Below are positions 56,419 to 63,582 of a DNA stretch of 64,000 bases, one piece after another. The position numbers were made by a program, and so were the translations under genes. Where the stretch lies: the sequence record OZ035744.1. One strand, written 5' to 3'. This stretch comes from Felixounavirus LF110P1. The notes beneath the pieces are model-generated. The model made no database searches. It worked only from the letters and a program-made list of their open reading frames with translations, and was not told where the DNA came from. The first letter of the stretch is position 1. Each line of letters begins with the position of its first letter.

Positions 56419-57834
56419 ATGAGCGAGTTATTTAAACATGCGCACCTTCATGCAGGTCGAACTGAAAATGGTGCTGTAAACCATACTTCATCAATGTCTG
56501 CTTTAGTAGATTTTTATAAAGCTGCTGGTTCAAGTCGTAGCAATGTAGAAATCTTACCAGACCTTTTCTATAAAGCTTTGCATGAGGATGTTGATGTTGC
56601 AGTTCGTATTTTACTGCATATGCGAGATGTACGAGAAGGTATGGGTGAGCGTAAAGCTTTCCGAACTGTTTTACTTCAAGCGATTGAAGATAAAGTTTTA
56701 GAGCCTACGCAGGTTCTTCGCATTATGGATAAGATTGCAGAACTTGGTCGTTTTGATGACTTCAAAATCTTCGTAGGTACTCGTTTCGAGACAGATGCCT
56801 TCAAACATTTAGAAGCAGCATTACTAGACCCTGCAACAGCAGGTTTGGCGGCTAAGTGGTTACCACGAGTCAAACCACGTCATAAGAAGTTTGTAAAACG
56901 TTTCTGCAAGTTTGCCAACTTGAGTGAGAAAGAGTACCGCACACTGTTGTCTGCACTATCTGATACAGTTGAGCAAAAAATCTCTGCTAATGAGTTTGGT
57001 AAGATTGACTACAGTAAGATTCCTTCACTTGCTGCTGCACGTTACCAAAAACTGTTTAACCGCAAAGATGGAGAACGCTACAAAGCTTACATCGAGTCCT
57101 TATCAAAGGGTGAGACTAAGATTAATGCTGGTGCTGTTTACCCATACGATGTAATTAAATCTGTTAAGCATGGTAATGCAGATGTTGCTAATGAGCAGTG
57201 GAAAGCACTACCAAACTGGATGGCAGAGGGTGAAAACATCTTGTGTATGTCTGATGTTTCAAGCTCAATGTCTTGGGTGAATTTTGGTTCAATTACTGCT
57301 CTTGATATTGGTGTTTCACTTGCATTGTATGTAGCAGAACGTAATACAGGTTGCTTTAAGAATGAGTTGATGGTTTATTCAACAAACCCTCACTTCATCG
57401 AACTGAGTGGTGATTTACGAAACCGTCATCGTCAGGTGATGCGACACGTTGAATATGGCTCAACTAACTTACAAGCAGCTTTTGACCGTATTCTTGAAAC
57501 AGGTAAAAGAAACAACTTGACTCAGAAAGATATGCCAAGTAAGCTTATCATCTTCTCCGATATGGAGTTCAATCAGGTTGATGGAGCTAACGGTCGTACA
57601 AACTTTGAAGCAATTCGTAGTAAGTACAAAAAAGCTGGATACGAAATGCCTCAACTGGTATTCTGGTACTTAGCAAACCGTAATGGTACTTGCGAAGTGT
57701 CTGTTAAGGATAACGGTGTAGCAATGGTATCTGGTTTTTCTCCAGCTACTTTAAAAGCTCTGCTTGGTGGTGAGAAGTTTGACCCAATCAGCGTAATGCT
57801 CAAAGCAGTAATGATTGACCGTTATATCTGGTAA
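56419..57834 (+). CDS. vWA-domain protein with Ro60-like architecture (helical N-terminal domain plus C-terminal von Willebrand A domain)
   Basis: MIDAS motif DVSSS (DxSxS) in ILCMSDVSSSMSW, with later GSTNLQAAF and IIFSDMEF; about 270 aa helical N-terminal region. Confidence 0.55.
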   Translation: MSELFKHAHLHAGRTENGAVNHTSSMSALVDFYKAAGSSRSNVEILPDLFYKALHEDVDVAVRILLHMRDVREGMGERKAFRTVLLQAIEDKVLEPTQVLRIMDKIAELGRFDDFKIFVGTRFETDAFKHLEAALLDPATAGLAAKWLPRVKPRHKKFVKRFCKFANLSEKEYRTLLSALSDTVEQKISANEFGKIDYSKIPSLAAARYQKLFNRKDGERYKAYIESLSKGETKINAGAVYPYDVIKSVKHGNADVANEQWKALPNWMAEGENILCMSDVSSSMSWVNFGSITALDIGVSLALYVAERNTGCFKNELMVYSTNPHFIELSGDLRNRHRQVMRHVEYGSTNLQAAFDRILETGKRNNLTQKDMPSKLIIFSDMEFNQVDGANGRTNFEAIRSKYKKAGYEMPQLVFWYLANRNGTCEVSVKDNGVAMVSGFSPATLKALLGGEKFDPISVMLKAVMIDRYIW

Positions 57835-57852
57835 AAAGTTTTAAAAAGGGTA

Positions 57853-57881
57853 TTGACAATGTGTTTGATACCCTTTAATAT
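57853..57881 (+). promoter_or_regulatory. sigma70-like promoter ahead of tRNA cluster
   Basis: TTGACA - 17 nt - TAATAT. Confidence 0.5.
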
Positions 57882-57999
57882 GTTCTACATAGAAACGAAA
57901 TGAGAGCTTTTCTAAGATACTGAAAAATATTTTAAAAAAGTTCTTGACAACCACTAAAAAATAATGTTAAAGTGGTTACATAGAGTTTGAAAAGTTTAT

Positions 58000-58076
58000 C
58001 TCTGTTTAGCTCAGCTTGGTAGAGCGTTCCGTTTGGGGCGGTAAGGCCGGAGGTTCAAGTCCTCCAACAGAGACCA
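58000..58076 (+). tRNA. tRNA-Pro (anticodon TGG), CCA encoded
   Basis: cloverleaf by hand: acceptor CTCTGTT/AACAGAG, T-arm GGAGG-TTCAAGT-CCTCC, anticodon loop TTTGGGG. Confidence 0.6.
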
Positions 58077-58083
58077 AATTAAT

Positions 58084-58158
58084 GTTCCAGTAGACAAAAT
58101 GGTAAAGTCACCACTCTTTCAAAGTGGATATCTGAGGGTTCAAATCCCTTCTGGAACG
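58084..58158 (+). tRNA. tRNA-Glu (anticodon TTC)
   Basis: acceptor GTTCCAG/CTGGAAC, anticodon stem CCACT/AGTGG, loop CTTTCAA, T-loop GGTTCAAATCC. Confidence 0.6.
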
Positions 58159-58165
58159 CCAGTTT

Positions 58166-58240
58166 TGACAGAAGACCAATTACAGCAAACTTAATCTACT
58201 CATCTGACACGAAATCGGACAAAGAAGATATTTGGTCTGG
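58166..58240 (+). repeat. inter-tRNA repeat copy 1 (CAGAAGACC-N3-TACAGCAA ... GGTCTGG)
   Basis: family of at least four copies between tRNAs (58166, 58335, 58725, 58811); possible fifth at about 61115. Confidence 0.5.
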
Positions 58241-58251
58241 TCATTGAGAAT

Positions 58252-58325
58252 TGCGGGTATAGAGAAAGGGCGTCTCACATGTCTCATTAGCATGGTATCG
58301 GCAGGTTCGACTCCTGCACCCGCCT
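58252..58325 (+). tRNA. tRNA-Met (anticodon CAT), initiator-like 1:72 mismatch
   Basis: T-arm GCAGG-TTCGACT-CCTGC, anticodon loop CTCATTA, D-stem GAGA/TCTC. Confidence 0.6.
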
Positions 58326-58334
58326 CCAATTTTG

Positions 58335-58392
58335 CAGAAGACCGTATTCAGCAACAAAATACTTTTTGCGGATAAAAGAAAAAACACGGTCT
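58335..58392 (+). repeat. inter-tRNA repeat copy 2
   Basis: GCAGAAGACCGTATTCAGCAA...CGGTCTGG. Confidence 0.5.
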
Positions 58393-58405
58393 GGCAATGT
58401 ATTAA

Positions 58406-58479
58406 GGTTAGGAAGCACATAAGGTATGTGCGGTCGCCTGTTAAGCGAATGGCACAGGGTTCGAATCCCTGACTAACCG
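58406..58479 (+). tRNA. tRNA-Asn (anticodon GTT)
   Basis: T-loop GGGTTCGAATCCC, anticodon loop CTGTTAA, acceptor GGTTAGG/ACTAACC. Confidence 0.6.
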
Positions 58480-58491
58480 CCAAATTTAAAT

Positions 58492-58576
58492 GTGTCGTTA
58501 TCCCGTAGATGGTAGCGGTGGGGACTGTAAATCCCTTGTCATTGAGACTCGGTAGGTTCGACTCCTACACGACACA
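58492..58576 (+). tRNA. tRNA-Tyr (anticodon GTA), long variable arm
   Basis: 85 nt; anticodon loop CTGTAAA; T-arm GTAGG-TTCGACT-CCTAC; acceptor GTGTCGT/ACGACAC. Confidence 0.6.
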
Positions 58577-58584
58577 CCAATAAA

Positions 58585-58659
58585 GGTTATGTAGTTTAAT
58601 TTGGTTAAAATACTCCCCTGTCACGGGAGATGATGAGGGTTCAAATCCCTTCGTAACCG
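58585..58659 (+). tRNA. tRNA-Asp (anticodon GTC)
   Basis: anticodon stem CTCCC/GGGAG, loop CTGTCAC; T-loop GGGTTCAAATCCC. Confidence 0.6.
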
Positions 58660-58724
58660 CCAATTTTGAGAGGGCTATTTAGCCCCTCCCTTAAAGAGTT
58701 CTTACGAGTATTCTTTAAAGGAGC

Positions 58725-58797
58725 AGAAGACCAAATACAGCAAGAATGTATGAAATTTCAAGCCAATTTAATTTTGAAAATTTAAAACTTGGTCTGG
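58725..58797 (+). repeat. inter-tRNA repeat copy 3
   Basis: CAGAAGACCAAATACAGCAA...TTGGTCTGG. Confidence 0.5.
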
Positions 58798-58810
58798 CTC
58801 AACAAATTTA

Positions 58811-58942
58811 CAGAAGACCGTTTACAGCAAAACTTAAACAATCTATTTCTCCGGTAAAGAAAAGGCGAAGGTTCGATTCCTTCACTCGGCAGATGTCGAG
58901 TTGGTGTAATGGTAGCACTTAAGATGATAAACAACGGTCTGG
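58811..58942 (+). repeat. inter-tRNA repeat copy 4 (extended, contains tRNA-like T-arm and D-arm fragments)
   Basis: CAGAAGACCGTTTACAGCAA ... GCGAAGGTTCGATTCCTTC ... GTTGGTGTAATGGTAGCAC ... CGGTCTGG. Confidence 0.45.
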
Positions 58943-58943
58943 T

Positions 58944-59086
58944 AATTATCTTTGTAGATAAGTTATTAAGCTTACCTGTGAGTATGCGACCACAAAGGGT
59001 GAAAGGGTAAATTCTAGATTTAAACCCAACAAGGCACATCGCTACAGACCTTAAGCAAGTCTGGGTAGCTTATCTACAAAGATAAT
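58944..59086 (+). ncRNA. candidate structured RNA: 17-bp perfect inverted repeat enclosing about 110 nt
   Basis: TTATCTTTGTAGATAAG (58944) pairs with CTTATCTACAAAGATAA (59069); no ORF; sits between tRNAs. Confidence 0.3.
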
Positions 59087-59091
59087 TTAAT

Positions 59092-59165
59092 GGAAGTGTA
59101 GCAGAATGGTGATGCGGCAGACTTTTAATCTGACAGGCGATGGGTTCGAATCCCTCCACTTCTAC
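59092..59165 (+). tRNA. tRNA-Lys (anticodon TTT)
   Basis: acceptor GGAAGTG/CACTTCT, loop CTTTTAA, T-loop GGGTTCGAATCCC; paralogue of tRNA at 60757. Confidence 0.55.
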
Positions 59166-59172
59166 CAATATG

Positions 59173-59246
59173 GTTCAGTCGCAGATAAGGTAATGCAGGG
59201 GTTTCATAAGCCCTATGAATGTGGGTTCGATTCCCATCTGAACCTC
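59173..59246 (+). tRNA. tRNA-Met or Ile2 (anticodon CAT)
   Basis: acceptor GGTTCAG/CTGAACC (perfect), loop TTCATAA, T-loop GGGTTCGATTCCC. Confidence 0.55.
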
Positions 59247-59251
59247 CAATT

Positions 59252-59323
59252 GTGGGTTAGCATAAATGGTAATGCAAACGGCTGATAACCGTTAGAAGAG
59301 GGTTCGATACCCTCACCTACAAC
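59252..59323 (+). tRNA. tRNA-Ile (anticodon GAT)
   Basis: anticodon stem AACGG/CCGTT, loop CTGATAA; T-arm GAGGG-TTCGATA-CCCTC. Confidence 0.6.
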
Positions 59324-59341
59324 CAATTTCAATAAAGTTGT

Positions 59342-59370
59342 TGACATTGAGATGTGACTACTTTATAGTA
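59342..59370 (+). promoter_or_regulatory. sigma70-like promoter inside tRNA cluster
   Basis: TTGACA - 17 nt - TATAGT. Confidence 0.5.
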
Positions 59371-59661
59371 GATAAAATAATTCATAATATGTATAATTCA
59401 AACACCAATACATGAGCGTTAGACGTAACACAATGTGGGGAAATTTGTTGTACATATTCTGAATAGTTTTCGTTGCGTAGCGTCTATTTTGCAAATTTAA
59501 AATAAATGCAAACGACAATGTTTTTCTGGCAGTAGCTTGATAGGCTAAACACCAGTGAGGTCTTCCAATCCCTCATCAAAGAATTTGGCGTACTAGCCCA
59601 CGGTATGATTAATAAAGTGGGCATCTTTAAGGGCTTTCTAAGAGAGTCTTTAAAGATTAAT

Positions 59662-59735
59662 GCACCCTTAGTTCAATTGGATAGAGCAACGGTCTTCTAA
59701 ATCGTTAGTTACAGGTTCGAATCCTGTAGGGTGTA
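59662..59735 (+). tRNA. tRNA-Arg (anticodon TCT)
   Basis: acceptor GCACCCT/AGGGTGT, D-arm GTTC...GAGC, loop CTTCTAA, T-loop AGGTTCGAATCCT. Confidence 0.6.
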
Positions 59736-59880
59736 CCAATTAGTTAGCAGATTACTTAGACGACCTTAGCGGGTCTTCCTGTAGGGAGGTGGTCTGTATC
59801 TCATGTTTTCCAGAACATGTAAATAATCTGAGAAGGGGCTTTACAGTGTTGAGATAATACGGTAAGCTTCGAATTATAGT

Positions 59881-59960
59881 ATGGGACGATGTTAAGACTC
59901 TAAGGCATGAGCAACGGCTTCCAACACCGTTTCAAAGGGGTTCAACTCCTCCGTCCCATG
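59881..59960 (+). tRNA. tRNA, isotype uncertain (possibly Trp, anticodon CCA), atypical extended D region
   Basis: perfect acceptor ATGGGAC/GTCCCAT, T-loop GGGTTCAACTCC, CCA encoded; D-arm does not fold canonically by hand. Confidence 0.4.
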
Positions 59961-59976
59961 CCAAAGATTGTTTCGG

Positions 59977-60060
59977 AGAGAGTGGCGGTCAACGGAGACC
60001 AACCAGCCTTGAAAACTGGTGCTGCTGGAAACGGTACGGGTTCGACTCCTGCACTCTCTG
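59977..60060 (+). tRNA. tRNA-Ser (anticodon TGA), long variable arm
   Basis: 84 nt; acceptor AGAGAGT/ACTCTCT; D-stem GGTC/GACC; loop CTTGAAA; 16-nt variable region; T-loop TTCGACT; CCA encoded. Confidence 0.5.
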
Positions 60061-60087
60061 CCAAAATGATTTTTTAAGGTGATGATT

Positions 60088-60429
60088 ATGAAGAAAGGTT
60101 CAGTAGGTGAAATTGCTACACAATTAGCTTTCCTCAAAAGAGGTTATGAAGTGTATTCACCAGCTACAGATAATGCAAAGTATGACTTTCTAGTTCACAA
60201 AGATGGTTTGATTGAGACTGTTGAGGTAAAATCAACCTCAGTCAAAAGAGGTGAACTTTGGAGAGTGCAACTGAAAAGAGTTCGTTCTAACAAGAATGAA
60301 AATAGAATAATGAATTTTGATAACTCTCAAGTTGATTACTTAGCTGTTTACATTGAACCACTTGATAAAGTCATCATCTACAAAGCTAAAGATATCAAGT
60401 CTAAGACTGAACTTAGCTTAAAGATTTAA
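60088..60429 (+). CDS. small protein embedded in tRNA cluster (possible PD-(D/E)xK-type nuclease)
   Basis: about 113 aa; D...E-x-K-like arrangement (DFLVHKDGLIETVEVK); RBS AAGGTGA. Confidence 0.3.
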   Translation: MKKGSVGEIATQLAFLKRGYEVYSPATDNAKYDFLVHKDGLIETVEVKSTSVKRGELWRVQLKRVRSNKNENRIMNFDNSQVDYLAVYIEPLDKVIIYKAKDIKSKTELSLKI

Positions 60430-60671
60430 TACTCCGTCCATGCTTGTTCGCATTGTCGGTTTATCCCTCGTGTTGTCGTACACACTGATAAAGCACCTAG
60501 TAGGTGTCACGGAGAAGAGATAGTATCAAGCTCTCCAAAGGTTCTAGTCACCGGATTAAACAAGACTATGCAAAGGCCTTCTTAGGTCTTTTTAGAGGGC
60601 TTCTAAGGTTATTACAGCTTGTTGTGGAACCTTGTTGCTTAGGTTCTTAGAAGTTCTCTAAAAAGATTTAA

Positions 60672-60746
60672 TGGGAGATTGACGGTAATTGGTAAACCTA
60701 CCATCCTTAGAAGTTGGTGTTTGAGGGTTCGAATCCCTTGTCTCCT
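60672..60746 (+). tRNA. tRNA, probably Leu (anticodon TAG), short variable arm
   Basis: acceptor GGGAGAT/GTCTCCT (with G-U), D-loop AATTGGTA, loop CTTAGAA, T-loop GGGTTCGAATCCC. Confidence 0.45.
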
Positions 60747-60756
60747 ACCAAATTAA

Positions 60757-60829
60757 TGCAGGTGTAGCAAAATGGTTATGCGGCTGACTCTTAATCAGTA
60801 AGACGATGGGTTCAATTCCCTCCACCTGT
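60757..60829 (+). tRNA. tRNA-Lys (anticodon CTT)
   Basis: anticodon stem GCTGA/TCAGT, loop CTCTTAA; T-loop GGGTTCAATTCCC. Confidence 0.55.
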
Positions 60830-60838
60830 ACCATACAT

Positions 60839-60911
60839 TGGGGATGTAGTTTACATGGTTAAAACATAAGTTTTGCAAACTTAAGTACAGGGTTCAATTC
60901 CCTGCTTCTCC
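60839..60911 (+). tRNA. tRNA-Ala (anticodon TGC)
   Basis: anticodon stem TAAGT/ACTTA, loop TTTGCAA; T-loop GGGTTCAATTCCC. Confidence 0.6.
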
Positions 60912-60920
60912 ACCAATTAG

Positions 60921-60992
60921 TGCATCCATAGTTTAAACGGGAAAATTACAGTCTTCCAAACTGAGGTTGAGGGTTCGATTCCCTCTGGATGC
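60921..60992 (+). tRNA. tRNA-Gly (anticodon TCC)
   Basis: perfect acceptor GCATCCA/TGGATGC; loop CTTCCAA; T-loop GGGTTCGATTCCC. Confidence 0.6.
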
Positions 60993-61002
60993 TCCAAATT
61001 AA

Positions 61003-61076
61003 TGCTGCTTTCGTATAATTGGCTATTACACATCCCTTGTAAGGATGGAAATGCGGGTTCGAGTCCTGTGAGCAGC
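61003..61076 (+). tRNA. tRNA-Thr (anticodon TGT)
   Basis: anticodon stem CATCC/GGATG, loop CTTGTAA; T-loop GGGTTCGAGTCC. Confidence 0.6.
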
Positions 61077-61080
61077 ACCA

Positions 61081-61172
61081 ATTCAGAGGTCAAGTGAAAG
61101 ACCGCTGGTGTCAACTGAAGACCGTAACAAATTCCACGGAGTTGAGTTAGCGGCACAACTTCAGACCTCTTT
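61081..61172 (+). other. intergenic inverted-repeat element (AGAGGTC ... GACCTCT) containing a GAAGACC motif
   Basis: CAGAGGTCAAGTGAAAGACCGCTGGTGTCAACTGAAGACCG...CAACTTCAGACCTCT; no ORF. Confidence 0.3.
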
Positions 61173-61174
61173 CA

Positions 61175-61246
61175 CACTCGCTTAGTTTATATGGTAAAAC
61201 ATCACCCTTACAAGATGAAGAAAAAGGTTCAAGTCCTTTAGTGAGT
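61175..61246 (+). tRNA. tRNA-Val (anticodon TAC)
   Basis: loop CTTACAA; T-arm AAAGG-TTCAAGT-CCTTT; acceptor ACTCGCT/AGTGAGT. Confidence 0.5.
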
Positions 61247-61250
61247 ACCA

Positions 61251-61325
61251 TGTTCCAGTATCCCAATTGGCAGAGGATGCAAGCTCAAACCTTGTATTAG
61301 TGACGGTTCGAATCCGTCTTGGAAC
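61251..61325 (+). tRNA. tRNA, probably Leu (anticodon CAA), short variable arm
   Basis: acceptor GTTCCAG/TTGGAAC; D-loop AATTGGCAGA; stem GCAAG/CTTGT, loop CTCAAAC; T-arm GACGG-TTCGAAT-CCGTC. Confidence 0.45.
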
Positions 61326-61333
61326 ACCAATTT

Positions 61334-61406
61334 TGCAGGATTAGTTCAAATGGATAGAGCAACAGTCTACGAAGCTGTTAATAGGGGTTCGAATCCCTTA
61401 TCCTGC
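61334..61406 (+). tRNA. tRNA-Arg (anticodon ACG)
   Basis: perfect acceptor GCAGGAT/ATCCTGC; loop CTACGAA; T-loop GGGTTCGAATCCC. Confidence 0.6.
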
Positions 61407-61428
61407 GCCAGATAAAAAAGGTGATACT

Positions 61429-61671
61429 ATGCAAACATTAACAGTAGTTGAACATGAAAACTGTGAGAGTATTGAGTTTGTCAGGGTCATTGGTGTTGAA
61501 CACCACATTTTCTTAAAAGTGGGATACTTATGTGACCCCGCTAGAGTAGAAAGATTTATACGTGATTGTTTTGGTGGTAGACATCTGAAGAGTGTTATTT
61601 TTGAGACAGTTTTACCAGAAGGTTTAGAAACGAATAATAACATTTACCTCCTTACGAGGATTAGACAATGA
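61429..61671 (+). CDS. hypothetical protein (within tRNA cluster)
   Basis: 80 aa ORF with AAAGGTGA RBS. Confidence 0.4.
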   Translation: MQTLTVVEHENCESIEFVRVIGVEHHIFLKVGYLCDPARVERFIRDCFGGRHLKSVIFETVLPEGLETNNNIYLLTRIRQ

Positions 61672-62225
61672 GATACTTAAAGTATGCTTCATGGATTTTC
61701 CTAGCTTTGCTAGAACCATTAGCAGCAACCTTAGCAGTTATCTTAGCACCTTTCGTAGTTCCATTTTACAGTGAGAAGAAAGGCCACTTACCTTTCGGAT
61801 TTAGATGGATGGAGACATATGACAACCCAATTGATGGTGACGAAGGTCATATCGAACGATGGGCTAAGATTAGAAAGATTGGTAAGCTGGGTGTCTACAT
61901 GCAGAGAGTCGGATGGCTCTGGAGAAACAAAGCTTATAACTTCTCTTACCATGTATTAGGAAGAGATGTAAAAGATGTTACTAAGTGGAAAGGTAATATC
62001 AACGTAAGTTCTGACCCTGAAGATAATCAGACAGGTTATCTCCTAATGTGGAACAGTAATGCTTGGGGATTATTCGCTTTTATCCCATCAATTAAAGTCT
62101 TTGGTAAACAGTTTTACTGGAGAATTTATATTGGATGGAAACTAAAAAGTGTTGTCCCAGAAGAAAGAGCATTCTCAAGGGAAAGAGTTATGTTGGCATT
62201 CTTTATTCATCCACTGAGAAAGTAA
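61668..62225 (+). CDS. hypothetical membrane-associated protein (within tRNA cluster)
   Basis: 185 aa; N-terminal hydrophobic helix (WIFLALLEPLAATLAVILAPFVVPF). Confidence 0.45.
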   Translation: MRYLKYASWIFLALLEPLAATLAVILAPFVVPFYSEKKGHLPFGFRWMETYDNPIDGDEGHIERWAKIRKIGKLGVYMQRVGWLWRNKAYNFSYHVLGRDVKDVTKWKGNINVSSDPEDNQTGYLLMWNSNAWGLFAFIPSIKVFGKQFYWRIYIGWKLKSVVPEERAFSRERVMLAFFIHPLRK

Positions 62226-62232
62226 AGATTTA

Positions 62233-62305
62233 AAGGGGATTAGTTTACAAGGTTAAAACCTCGGTCTTTGAAATCGAAGAAGTTGGTTCAATTCCAACAT
62301 CCCCC
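62233..62305 (+). tRNA. tRNA-Gln (anticodon TTG)
   Basis: D-stem GTTT/AAAC; anticodon stem TCGGT/ATCGA, loop CTTTGAA; T-arm GTTGG-TTCAATT-CCAAC. Confidence 0.55.
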
Positions 62306-62310
62306 GCCAA

Positions 62311-62386
62311 TGCTCCATTACTCCAATTGGCAGAGAGGCCAGACTTAAAATCTGTGTTATGTATCGGTTCGAATCCGATATGGAGT
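62311..62386 (+). tRNA. tRNA, probably Leu (anticodon TAA), short variable arm
   Basis: paralogue of tRNA at 61251 (same D-loop AATTGGCAGA); loop CTTAAAA; T-arm ATCGG-TTCGAAT-CCGAT. Confidence 0.45.
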
Positions 62387-62394
62387 ACCAAATT

Positions 62395-62467
62395 TAGCGG
62401 TATAGCATAACTGGCAATGCAACAGTCTCTGAAGCTGTCCTATTAAGGTTCAAATCCTTATGCCGCT
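62395..62467 (+). tRNA. tRNA-Gln (anticodon CTG)
   Basis: acceptor AGCGGTA/TGCCGCT; stem ACAGT/GCTGT, loop CTCTGAA; T-loop AGGTTCAAATCCT. Confidence 0.5.
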
Positions 62468-62502
62468 GCCACTTCTAAGGGTTCTTACGAGAGTCCTTAA
62501 AT

Positions 62503-62574
62503 GTGGCCTTATCATAAATGGTAATGACCCATGCTGTGAACATGGTCTATACGGGTTCAAATCCCGTAGGTCAC
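62503..62574 (+). tRNA. tRNA-His (anticodon GTG)
   Basis: anticodon stem CCATG/CATGG, loop CTGTGAA; T-arm ACGGG-TTCAAAT-CCCGT. Confidence 0.6.
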
Positions 62575-62582
62575 CCCAATTT

Positions 62583-62657
62583 ATAGTCCAAGTAGCTTAT
62601 ATGGTTAAAGCGCGTGTCTGAAAAACATGAGAAGAGGGTTCAAATCCCACTGGACTA
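62583..62657 (+). tRNA. tRNA-Phe (anticodon GAA)
   Basis: perfect acceptor TAGTCCA/TGGACTA; stem CGTGT/ACATG, loop CTGAAAA; T-loop GGGTTCAAATCCC. Confidence 0.55.
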
Positions 62658-62676
62658 CCAATTTCAAAGGTGCTTA

Positions 62677-63411
62677 ATGAAAGAGATGACAGAACAAGGT
62701 AAGGAGATTTTTAATCTCTTAAAAACCGGTAAAGGGTTTTCTAACCCACTTATTACTGGTGCAGCAGTTCTCGGTGGAACCGTAGCTGCTTCTACATCAC
62801 TTGTAAGCTCTATTAGTTCTGTAACAGACCCTACAATGCAGGAGAAACTTGTTGCTGCTGGACTTACAACAGTCCTTCTAAACAGCTTTACAACAAGCCT
62901 TACAAGCACTACAGCAACTACTAAGACCCTGACAGACTACGGTCAAAAATCTATTGATGAGTTTTCATCACGTATGCAGGTAGCAAAGGGATATTCCAAT
63001 GTTATGGGTGCAGCAGGAGAACAAGTTGGTTGTACACCGTTCAGTGGTATTATGGGTGTTGCTACAGAATATGGTCAAAAAGCTATTGATACGATTAACA
63101 GTACACTAGAGAGTGTTAACGATGTATTAAGTTACTTACAAGACGCTATTGACAAGGGTCTTGATACTGTTTCTGATTTAGCTAACCAAGCTGTCAGTAA
63201 GATTAATGAAGGTATCTCAAAGATTACAGCTTATGCAGATGAAGTTGTGCAGATGATTGAAGAAGAAGCTGCCCTTATTGCAGAGTACCTTAAAACGAAT
63301 ATCAATGGGTTCTTAGCAGGTATCTTACCAGACTGGTTTGATGATGCCTGTAAAACTGGTGTAATTGACACTATTGCAACACCAGAAATGAAGAACGCAT
63401 TACAGAAATAA
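62677..63411 (+). CDS. Ser/Thr-rich hypothetical protein
   Basis: track ORF 62614-63411 begins inside tRNA-Phe; more likely start is the internal ATG (MKEMTEQ) after AAAGGTG. Confidence 0.45.
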   Translation: MKEMTEQGKEIFNLLKTGKGFSNPLITGAAVLGGTVAASTSLVSSISSVTDPTMQEKLVAAGLTTVLLNSFTTSLTSTTATTKTLTDYGQKSIDEFSSRMQVAKGYSNVMGAAGEQVGCTPFSGIMGVATEYGQKAIDTINSTLESVNDVLSYLQDAIDKGLDTVSDLANQAVSKINEGISKITAYADEVVQMIEEEAALIAEYLKTNINGFLAGILPDWFDDACKTGVIDTIATPEMKNALQK

Positions 63412-63430
63412 TGGAAGATTAACCCTAAAA

Positions 63431-63505
63431 GGTAAGGGAGCAGTTTGCTAAACTGCCAGTAGCTGAGAAATCGGTGTGCCAGTTCAAGTCTGGTATCTTC
63501 CTCCA
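63431..63505 (+). other. tRNA-like element (T-arm plus CCA end, non-canonical 5' half)
   Basis: T-arm GCCAG-TTCAAGT-CTGGT and 3' ATCTTCC-T-CCA, but upstream forms a 7-bp hairpin GCAGTTT/AAACTGC instead of D and anticodon arms. Confidence 0.3.
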
Positions 63506-63509
63506 ATTT

Positions 63510-63582
63510 GAATCCGTGACAGAAATGGCTATGTGCCTGTCTGCAAAACAGGTTTATAAGGGTTCGAGTCCCTTCGGATTCT
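63510..63582 (+). tRNA. tRNA-Cys (anticodon GCA)
   Basis: perfect acceptor GAATCCG/CGGATTC; stem CCTGT/ACAGG, loop CTGCAAA; T-loop GGGTTCGAGTCCC. Confidence 0.6.

Noticed and set aside
58861-58925. Canonical or permuted tRNA gene at GCGAAGGTTCGATTCCTTC-ACTCGGC...GTCGAGT-TGGTGTAATGGTAGCAC
   Set aside because: T-arm and D-arm-like pieces are present but in non-canonical order and no anticodon arm can be folded; kept only as a tRNA-like structured element or pseudogene.
62614-62676. Track start (62614) for the Ser/Thr-rich protein
   Set aside because: The first 21 codons overlap tRNA-Phe; the internal ATG at about 62677 with an upstream AAAGGTG is the more plausible start.
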